Shown here: piece by piece, positions 25,269-32,000 of the stretch | Layout: every line of letters begins with the position of its first letter | Numbering within the stretch: position 1 is the stretch's first letter | NCBI RefSeq assembly: GCF_000179635.2 | Contig: NC_014833.1 | Location: 2,730,001 to 2,762,000, forward strand | Source of the DNA: Ruminococcus albus 7 = DSM 20455 | Lineage (GTDB): Bacteria > Bacillota > Clostridia > Oscillospirales > Ruminococcaceae | Reading direction: 5' to 3' | Length of the DNA stretch: 32,000 bases | Made by a program: the position numbers and the translations under genes | The notes under the pieces: model-generated | Databases searched by the model: none | Told to the model about the DNA's origin: nothing | Seen by the model: only the letters and a program-made list of their open reading frames with translations

Positions 25269-27991
25269 TTGATAGGAGAACCACCAGCATTATCCATCAT
25301 GAATGTTGTCATCCATACCAGAGGAGCGTTCCAGTTGATGGTTACTTCGTTTACAGACCAAGACTCTGCGCTGTCTACGTAGCACTTCTGGTTAGCCAGT
25401 GTGCCTCTCTTGTAGCCCAGACCGCCGATGTAAGGATCCTGCATACCTGCACCAGGACCACCGGACAGAACGCCGTTAGGAGCCTTCGGGAAGGTAGGAT
25501 CTACACCCTTAGACCAGAATCTGTGGTGAGGCCATTCCATAGTCTTGTCGCCGTAACCGGAAACATAGGAGAAGCCAAGACCGTTACGTCCGTAGATGTA
25601 GTCGAGAGCTTCAGCTGCACCGTTCAGGTACTTAGAGCCCTTAGAAGCATCATAAGCGTAAGCAAGTACCATTGCGTTGTTGATTACGAAGGAGTTTGAA
25701 CCCCACTCATAACCCTTAACCTTAACACCAGCACCGATGTTGATAGCATCCTCGAATTCAGCCTCTCTGTAAGGAATACCCATGCCTTCCTTAGCCATCT
25801 GACCCAGGTAAGTATCACCAGCAGATGTGATAGAAGACTTAACAGCACTCTGCTCGGAAGGAGAGAGTCTGGAGGGGTTCAGGTACAGAGAAAGGGTACC
25901 CAGACCGGAAGTACAACCCCAGTTGAAGGAGCTGAATGAACCATTGTTCTCGCCGCCGCCCAGGTTAGTTGTCAGGCTGAATGCCTTATCCTTGCGGGAG
26001 TTATCGTTAGGATTGCTGTACTTCTTCAGGAAGTTATAGTATGTAGTATCGCCTGTTGTTGCGAAGAGCTCGCAAGCTGCCCAGTAAGCATCGTCGCCTA
26101 CGTATGTATCGCCGTAAGCACCGCCACCGATAGCCTGATCCAGAGGAGCGAAGTAAGGATCGGTAGAAGAATCACCCTTCTTGATGTTCCACTTGCTCTC
26201 CTTAGCAATTATAGCCTTCCAGCTGTTCTGAGCGTTAGTCAGACACTCCTGTGCGAAGCTGTCATCAATGCCCTTCCACAGACGTGCTGCCTGTGCTGCG
26301 CAAGCGATCATGTTGAATGTAGCTGCATAGGTTGCGGGCTTAACTATACGAACTGTGCCCCAGCCCTTCTCGCCGTTCTCCATGGTCTCCTTATCATAGT
26401 CCCAAGACTTGGTAGCCAGACCTGTCCACTTGTGGTCGTGCAGCTTGTGATATACAAATCCGTCGCTGTCGATCATCTTGAACATCCACTCGAGCTCAAC
26501 TCTTGCTTCATCCAGGATATCAGGAGCCTTGTTACGATTCTCAGGGATAGCTATAGTGCCGTTTGTCCACTTAGCAGCGGTACCGTTCTTCTTGGTGAAC
26601 TCATAGTCATTCTGGAGAGTCCATACGGATATACCACCGTTAACAACGTACTTACCGTGGTCACCAGCATCGTACCAACCACCTGTACCGTCGATGGTCT
26701 TGCTCTTCTCAACGTCAGAAGCGTCACCAGCATAGGACTTAACCCACTTGCTCTGTACATAAGCTGTATCAGGGTTGTGGCCGTACTTGCTGTGAGACAG
26801 AGCGCTCTTATCACCGGAGGTGATGTACTGAGACTCTATCGGAACACCGGAACGGTTCTGATAATAGTAGTTCATGGAGTCCTTCAGCAGCTGCTCATTA
26901 TAGATGCTGTCGCTGATCTCGAACTCATGGCTCTGGTTCATTACATACTGCTTTTTGGTCTGAGGATTTGTCCACATCAGCTTGTTGCCGCTGAGCTTGG
27001 TATCATTTACGCCCTTAGAAAGCAGTACCTGTGTGCCGGATACGCCAACAGTATCCTTAACAAATATAGTATAGGTACCAGTAGTCTTGAAATCAGAGAA
27101 ATCAATGATATGTACGTAAGCGCCGCTGTCCTTCAGTCTTGTTACGCTTTCACTGCCCATCTGAACAGTAGTAGTCTTGCTTGTACCTGAATCAGGGTCA
27201 GCACCGAATACCTTTGTTGTACCGGTATACTTAACGTTGCCGCTCTTGTCTCTGATCTCATACTGCAGAGGTGAAGAAGCGTCAGTTACGTAAGAAGCCT
27301 TCTTAGCAAGGTTAGGATAGTAACCCAGCTGGTTCAGACGAACGTTGCTCTCAGGTCTTACAACACCCATCTCATTTTCTGGATTCCAAGTTCCGGGACC
27401 GATCAGAGAAAGATTATCGAACTTCAGAACTGTTCCGTTAGGGAAGCAGTCTCTGGGCTGATACTCACCCTGTCCGCCGTAGTGGAATGCCCACTCAGCA
27501 ACGTCAACATCTGCTTCAGCAGTAAATGTTGCATCAAACTCGTTGTGACCTGCCTTTATCGGTACGCAGTCCCAGCACTGATTGAATGTGCCGTCTGTGT
27601 TGTTATTGTGCCATACTTCAACAGTTCCGCCGTAGTTACCGATCTTAGTGTAGATCTCACCGGAGGTAGAAGCATCAACTTCCCAGTGCACAGTATACTT
27701 CTGACCCTTCAGGATCTTGAGACCTCTGTGACGAAGCTGGAGATCCCATCTGGACTCGGGACCATCATTGTTTACGATAGTTACGTTGTAAGTACCGCCG
27801 CTGATGTCAAATTTCTGCTTAGCGGGGTTAGTCTCACAAGTGTGCCAAGGCAGACCTACGCCTGCATTGAAATCAGTCTGACCAAGCTCCTGACCAGCGA
27901 ATACACTCATAGGAGCAATTGCTGCTGCTGTGGAAAGAGAAACTACTGTTGCCAGAAGACCGCTGGCGAATCTTTTCATTGGTTTCTGCAT
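24989..27991 (-). CDS. Secreted GH9 endoglucanase: signal peptide, CBM4/9-like module, Ig-like (CelD_N) module, GH9 catalytic domain, C-terminal FN3-like module
   Basis: The GH9 signature GGWYDAGDHGKYVVNG appears with the C-terminal catalytic region HHRFW...VNEVTINWNAP. The N-terminus MQKPMKRFASGLLATVVSLSTAAAIAPMSVFA is a signal peptide. VRLNQLGYYP marks the Ig-like module. ATG 27991 lies 9 nt after GGAGGG. The ORF-track start at 28036 is upstream of the RBS. Confidence 0.92.
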   Translation of the reverse strand: MQKPMKRFASGLLATVVSLSTAAAIAPMSVFAGQELGQTDFNAGVGLPWHTCETNPAKQKFDISGGTYNVTIVNNDGPESRWDLQLRHRGLKILKGQKYTVHWEVDASTSGEIYTKIGNYGGTVEVWHNNNTDGTFNQCWDCVPIKAGHNEFDATFTAEADVDVAEWAFHYGGQGEYQPRDCFPNGTVLKFDNLSLIGPGTWNPENEMGVVRPESNVRLNQLGYYPNLAKKASYVTDASSPLQYEIRDKSGNVKYTGTTKVFGADPDSGTSKTTTVQMGSESVTRLKDSGAYVHIIDFSDFKTTGTYTIFVKDTVGVSGTQVLLSKGVNDTKLSGNKLMWTNPQTKKQYVMNQSHEFEISDSIYNEQLLKDSMNYYYQNRSGVPIESQYITSGDKSALSHSKYGHNPDTAYVQSKWVKSYAGDASDVEKSKTIDGTGGWYDAGDHGKYVVNGGISVWTLQNDYEFTKKNGTAAKWTNGTIAIPENRNKAPDILDEARVELEWMFKMIDSDGFVYHKLHDHKWTGLATKSWDYDKETMENGEKGWGTVRIVKPATYAATFNMIACAAQAARLWKGIDDSFAQECLTNAQNSWKAIIAKESKWNIKKGDSSTDPYFAPLDQAIGGGAYGDTYVGDDAYWAACELFATTGDTTYYNFLKKYSNPNDNSRKDKAFSLTTNLGGGENNGSFSSFNWGCTSGLGTLSLYLNPSRLSPSEQSAVKSSITSAGDTYLGQMAKEGMGIPYREAEFEDAINIGAGVKVKGYEWGSNSFVINNAMVLAYAYDASKGSKYLNGAAEALDYIYGRNGLGFSYVSGYGDKTMEWPHHRFWSKGVDPTFPKAPNGVLSGGPGAGMQDPYIGGLGYKRGTLANQKCYVDSAESWSVNEVTINWNAPLVWMTTFMMDNAGGSPIKTDYPTNVKANYSTQYHQIQFVWDKVQGADKYGIAVYLAGKWRVQTTNITTNSYVTPKNLTPGMTYKVAVAARVNGKWNTTDPIKNAITVTVK

Positions 27992-28134
27992 GGTTTTTAA
28001 CCCTCCCTGAAAAAATAGATAAAATAGATCGAACACAGTTCTGCATCAGTGCAACTGCCGAAGCTGTCATTTTTAATATAAGAAATAAGGAAGTCCTCAA
28101 CGGACCTGCACTGCCCTTTTTTCCTCTTGCTATT

Positions 28135-28162
28135 ATTATAATATATTTCTCAAAAAAGTCAA
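28135..28162 (-). promoter_or_regulatory. Putative sigma-A promoter for GH9 gene 1
   Basis: On the minus strand: TTGACT (28157-28162), 16-nt spacer, TATAAT (28135-28140). This gives a leader of about 135 nt. Confidence 0.45.
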
Positions 28163-28620
28163 TTGTTTTGATTAAATTTCATTTACTTTAACGATTACGA
28201 AGGGTGTTATTTAGACAATACGTACAACTCCAAAATTGTAAAAAGCTAAGCAACAGCGTGTTTTTCGTACAGTATATTAAATCCGTGGATAATTTTTGTT
28301 AATAGGTTTGACCATCTGATTATATAACTTAAAATATTCATAATTCTCAATATTCTTTCAGCTCATCCTGTAAAGTAATATTACTATACATAACACCTCA
28401 CATTTATCATCGTTTTCCCTGATCGCCTGATAAGCCCGATTTCAAGGCATTTCACGTTCAGATCACGGATGATCTCCCCTGTGGCAAAAATATTCTCTTA
28501 GCATATCTGAGCATAGATCATCCGTTTCAGCATATCATATTTTTATACTATGCTCAGAAAACGTTTAATATCGCGATCATGCGCTGAGCCACCATATATT
28601 TAAATTTTACAGACAAAACG

Positions 28621-28654
28621 GCAGCTCCCTCGGGAACTGCCGTTATATAGATCA
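28621..28654 (-). terminator. Rho-independent terminator after GH9 gene 2
   Basis: Stem AACGGCAG.TCCC / GGGA.CTGCCGTT with one internal mismatch. On the minus strand it is followed by TTTTGTCT. Confidence 0.7.
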
Positions 28655-28667
28655 ACTGTTATATGGA

Positions 28668-28951
28668 TCAATTACTTAACAGTAACAGTTATAGCATTCT
28701 TGATAGGATCAGTTGTATTCCACTGACCATTAACTCTTGCAGCAACAGCTACCTTGTAGGTCATACCGGGAGTCAGATTCTTGGGAGTTACATAGCTGTT
28801 TGTAGTAACATTGGTAGTCTGAACTCTCCACTTACCTGCCAGGTATACAGCGATGCCGTACTTGTCAGCGCCCTGTACCTTATCCCATACTAACTGTATC
28901 TGGTGATACTGAGTATTGTAATTAGCCTTTACGTTTGTAGGATAGTCATTT
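28668..28951. repeat. Direct repeat, copy B of ~280 bp (3' FN3-like module of GH9 gene 2)
   Basis: See copy A. The encoded 91-aa modules differ at only about 5 residues. Confidence 0.85.
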
Positions 28952-31368
28952 GTCTGAGTGCTGTTCTTCTGGGTCGTAACTGTTATAGCCTTCGAGTAGT
29001 CACCGTCATATTTGCCGTTGTTGTTGGCAAGAACTGCTACCTTGTAGCTTGTACCTGCTGCCAGACCGCTGAGTGTGTAGCTGTTAGCGGTAGTCTCAGC
29101 AAGACCTGTCCACTTGCCGTTCTTGTAGATGTATACGCCGTACTTGGAAACGCCGCTTACCTTGTTCCAGCTGATCTTTGCAGAGGATGTAGTTACACTA
29201 TCGCACTTAACGGTAGGATTGCTTATTGTAGAGCCTGATTCGCCGCCGTTTCTCTTGAATACGTACTCAGAACCGCTTGCCTTAGTACCGTCGGGCTCAG
29301 TACCCCATACCAGTACGCCGTTAACATACATAGGTATATTCTGGTTGAGTGCACTATCGCTCTTGATATCGGTAGCTGTAGCTATTCCGCCCTTGTAAGA
29401 CCAGTCGTTTGTAGGATCCCAAGCGCCTGCGGTAGACTTGCCGTTTATAGCATCGGGGATAGAGATCCTGAACTGTACTTCATCTCTGTGCTCGCTCTGA
29501 CCAGTAGGCTGGATAGCTCTGCCGTCCTCGAACTTGACCTTAGCATAAAGTGTCTTGCCGGACTTATCGCCCTCGTATACATAAGGACCGCTTACAGTAC
29601 CGTAGCCCTGCTCGCCTTCCTTATACTGCTGGCTGTTGCTTATTACCTTGATGTCGTCGATAGTCAGACCTGCGTCGAATATCTCGGAAGCATCAAAGAA
29701 GTATCTGTACTCTATGTCCTTAGCAACTCTTGCAGGCCAAGCGGTATGGTTCATAGCCCATGCCTTGATCTCGGAGTAGCTGTTGCCCTTGCCGTTAAGA
29801 ACTGCTGCTACTTCCCATTCAGCCCACTTGGGAGTTTCCTTTACAGGGAAGTTATTGAGAGGCTTTCCGCCGTAATCGTCGATCATAGCACACAGACAAG
29901 CAGTGTAGCCTGCGTTATAGTCGATAGCAACCTCTGTATACTGGAAGTCAGCTACCTTGTAATCGCCGTAGTCGCCTGAACTGTCAGGACCGCCGATAAG
30001 CGCACCATAGAGAGTATGAGCATATTCTGTCTGCCAGCCTTCGTTTCCTCCGGATTCCTGACCGAGCTCGTTCCAGTGGTCGTCGTGTACGCCGGAAGCG
30101 GTTCTGTGGTGGATAGCCGTAGGAGACTTATCGCCCATACCGAGAACATAGCTGTAGCCCATTTCATTATCGCCAAAGCAGTAGTTCATCTGGAGATCGC
30201 CCCATTTGCTGAACTTATTCTCAACATCTGTACCCTTGAAGAGTGTATCAGAACCGAGCTTTGCAAGGAAAGCTGTAGTAGTTGCGTGACGCAGACAACC
30301 CCACTGGAACAGCCATGAAAGTCCCTTAGGTGTTATCTTGCCAAAGAAAGGCTTGGAATCCTCGCCCATCCAGTAAGTGAGGTGACGCTTTACGTGAGCA
30401 GTCCATTCCTTGTTGCCTGTTATCTGAGCGTAGAGGAAAGCAGCACCCTGTGAGGTATCGTCCCAGCAGAGACCCCATGTGAACTTACGAGCTGTATCCT
30501 GCTCTTCCTTGGGGAATAAGGGGATATAATCCTGTTCAACCTTGTTGAGATATGACTTATCGCCTGTTGCCTTGTAAAGCCAGAGAGCAGCAAACATACA
30601 GTCATCTACCCATGACTCGGTTTTATACATACCTGCCATACCGCCGATATCTGAACAGTCTCTTATCTGGTCAGCACCCTTGAAAAGGGACTTAGCGTGC
30701 TTGAGGTATTCGTTAGCTCTGTCGGGATCTGTATCCTTGAATACGAGATATCCTTCTGCAAGAGCAGCAGCAGAAAGTCCTGCAACAGAAGCATTTTCGA
30801 TCACATCATACGGACGCTTCCAGTCACCGTTGTTGAGGTGATGTTTACGGAGATAAACTTCTGAGCTGCACCAGATGTTATGGTCAGTAGAACCGCCTTT
30901 GAAATCACCGATAGTTCCGACCATTTTTCCGTTGCCCATATCGCAGTTCATTACATAGTCAAGTCCCCACTGGAGATTGTTTCTGTAAAGCTCGCCCATG
31001 CCTGCATTATCGACAGCATCTTTGTACTCAAGATAGCCCCATGCAAGCATTGAAGCTGAATAAGCATTTGTAAGACAGAACTTGAAGTGGTCACCTGCAT
31101 CGAACCAGCCGCCCTTTACGTAGTCAGTGTCGTTACCGTCCTCATCGACCATACAGTCGTCCTTCCACTGAACAGTGTTCCACTCGGGAAGTACACCTGA
31201 CTGCTGTACCTCATAGAAGAACATCGACTTCTGGAGTGCCTCTGCATAGTTGTATGCCGAAGCTGCGTTTGCCGTCAGTACCGGTGAACTGTTCTGAGGC
31301 AGTACAGAGACCATTCCAGCTGCCATAACAAGTGCTGATACCGCTGCAGTGATTTTTTTGATCAACAT
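28672..31368 (-). CDS. Secreted GH9 endoglucanase (processive-type architecture): signal peptide, GH9 catalytic domain, CBM3c-like module, two FN3-like modules
   Basis: Signal peptide MLIKKITAAVSALVMAAGMVSVLP...ANA. GH9 motifs YNYAEALQKSMFFYEVQQSG, GGWFDAGDHFKF, HHRTASG and YTEVAIDYNAG. The following segment WEVAAVLNGKGNSYSEIKAWAMNHTAWPARV resembles CBM3. GAGGAGAA RBS. Confidence 0.92.
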   Translation of the reverse strand: MLIKKITAAVSALVMAAGMVSVLPQNSSPVLTANAASAYNYAEALQKSMFFYEVQQSGVLPEWNTVQWKDDCMVDEDGNDTDYVKGGWFDAGDHFKFCLTNAYSASMLAWGYLEYKDAVDNAGMGELYRNNLQWGLDYVMNCDMGNGKMVGTIGDFKGGSTDHNIWCSSEVYLRKHHLNNGDWKRPYDVIENASVAGLSAAALAEGYLVFKDTDPDRANEYLKHAKSLFKGADQIRDCSDIGGMAGMYKTESWVDDCMFAALWLYKATGDKSYLNKVEQDYIPLFPKEEQDTARKFTWGLCWDDTSQGAAFLYAQITGNKEWTAHVKRHLTYWMGEDSKPFFGKITPKGLSWLFQWGCLRHATTTAFLAKLGSDTLFKGTDVENKFSKWGDLQMNYCFGDNEMGYSYVLGMGDKSPTAIHHRTASGVHDDHWNELGQESGGNEGWQTEYAHTLYGALIGGPDSSGDYGDYKVADFQYTEVAIDYNAGYTACLCAMIDDYGGKPLNNFPVKETPKWAEWEVAAVLNGKGNSYSEIKAWAMNHTAWPARVAKDIEYRYFFDASEIFDAGLTIDDIKVISNSQQYKEGEQGYGTVSGPYVYEGDKSGKTLYAKVKFEDGRAIQPTGQSEHRDEVQFRISIPDAINGKSTAGAWDPTNDWSYKGGIATATDIKSDSALNQNIPMYVNGVLVWGTEPDGTKASGSEYVFKRNGGESGSTISNPTVKCDSVTTSSAKISWNKVSGVSKYGVYIYKNGKWTGLAETTANSYTLSGLAAGTSYKVAVLANNNGKYDGDYSKAITVTTQKNSTQTNDYPTNVKANYNTQYHQIQLVWDKVQGADKYGIAVYLAGKWRVQTTNVTTNSYVTPKNLTPGMTYKVAVAARVNGQWNTTDPIKNAITVTVK

Positions 31369-31440
31369 TTTCCATTCTCCTCTCGAAAAAATAAGATTTT
31401 CCTTTTAGTCATTATGAATATAATATCCTTGTGTTTTTAA

Positions 31441-31469
31441 ATTTTACTATATTATCTGCCTTTTGTCAA
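31441..31469 (-). promoter_or_regulatory. Putative sigma-A promoter for GH9 gene 2
   Basis: On the minus strand: TTGACA (31464-31469), 17-nt spacer, TAAAAT (31441-31446). Confidence 0.45.
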
Positions 31470-31631
31470 TGGCTAAAATAATAAATTAAATATCCTAAAA
31501 AAACAAAAATACAGCACATTCACACAACTATCCCGCACAAAGTGCGTAGAATGCTATAATAGTTGTATTCTCGTCATGATTTCATATAACAGCAAATTTG
31601 AAAATAATTCATCAAAGATAAAACATTATAC

Positions 31632-31672
31632 AAAAAACAACGTCCGACGGCAAACAGCACCGTCGGACGTTT
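31632..31672 (-). terminator. Rho-independent terminator after the EAL-domain gene
   Basis: 12-bp perfect stem AACGTCCGACGG / CCGTCGGACGTT. On the minus strand it is followed by a T-run (plus-strand A6 at 31632-31637). Confidence 0.8.
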
Positions 31673-31688
31673 TGTTCATATTTCCTCA

Positions 31689-32000
31689 TTAAAGATACTT
31701 CTGTAAAAACACATCAATGACAACAGGTCTGGAGAAATAATACCCCTGATAGCTGTATATGCAGTATTGTCTTGCAAAATCTATCATCTCACGGGTCTCC
31801 ATGCCTTCAAGGCATACATGTACCTGCAATTCTCTTGCGCAGCCTGTTATAGCCTTGATTATAGCCTGATTGGCAGTATTTGTCATTATATCCTTTGTAA
31901 AGCCGCGGTCGAATTTCAGTGTCTCAACCGAAAGATCACTCAGCAGGTTGAGTGACGAGAATCCAGTACCGAAATCATCTATCGCTATGCGAATCCCCAG
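31689..32000 (-). CDS. EAL-domain c-di-GMP phosphodiesterase, C-terminal part only (5' end beyond window)
   Basis: My reverse-strand translation reads LGIRIAIDDFGTGFSSLNLLSDLSVETLKFDRGF...CLEGMETREMIDFARQYCIYSYQGYYFSRP, with EAL-domain motifs DDFGTG, K.D and QGY. The reading frame is open to the window edge. The ORF-track Met at 31886 is internal. Confidence 0.85.
   Translation of the reverse strand: MGIRIAIDDFGTGFSSLNLLSDLSVETLKFDRGFTKDIMTNTANQAIIKAITGCARELQVHVCLEGMETREMIDFARQYCIYSYQGYYFSRPVVIDVFLQKYL

Noticed and set aside
27992-28036. N-terminal extension of GH9 gene 1 (ORF-track start 28036), and similarly 17769-17843 for the PLP enzyme, 15335-15373 for NifB-like, 20511-20525 for MetE, 22759-22785 for MetF and 4797-4841 for SufS
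   Set aside because: In each case a downstream start codon has a well-spaced GGAGG-type RBS and gives an N-terminus matching the family or a proper signal peptide. The longer versions cover RBS or promoter sequence.
25220-30318. Plus-strand ORFs inside the two GH9 genes (for example 26432-27190, 27482-28000, 29488-29979)
   Set aside because: They lie antisense to the long GH9 reading frames with canonical catalytic motifs. They are shadow ORFs.

Overview
This looks like a chromosomal window from a low/medium-GC Firmicute, probably a cellulolytic Clostridia or Ruminococcus-like organism. That assignment is inferred from gene content and GGAGG-type ribosome-binding sites. No rRNA, tRNA or CRISPR array was seen.

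Gene layout, left to right:
- 1-1529 (-): the Asp23 / DAK2 (YloV-like) pair.
- 1878-6486 (+): a Firmicute-type sufCBDSU Fe-S assembly operon.
- 6535-9886 (+): a glutamate-cysteine ligase, a YafJ/EgtC-like Ntn amidotransferase, an Rrf2 regulator and metA.
- 17768-10282 (-): an eight-gene operon. It fuses two sulfur amino-acid PLP enzymes (a Cys/Met gamma-family enzyme and a CysK/MccA-family enzyme) to a self-contained nitrogenase-like set: NifX-like, NifB-like radical SAM, NifH-like, NifD-like, NifK-like, NifX-like.
- 17852-18071: three copies of a TGATAACGTTATCA-type palindrome sit upstream of that operon.
- 18121-19194 (-): a co-directional LacI-family regulator.
- 19481-20502: an intact IS1595-family element with a target-site duplication, inserted in the metE 5' leader.
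- 20526-23664 (+): metE and metF.
- 23748-24806 (-): a membrane GGDEF protein.
- 24989-31368 (-): two multidomain GH9 cellulases that share a ~280-bp, ~90% identical 3' module.
- 31689-32000 (-): a truncated EAL-domain gene.

The main candidate for a new system is the nitrogenase-like BHDK(+X) cluster wired into cysteine/methionine metabolism. I interpret it as a reductive organosulfur-salvage system analogous to methylthio-alkane reductase, not as nitrogen fixation. Its regulatory architecture is unusual.
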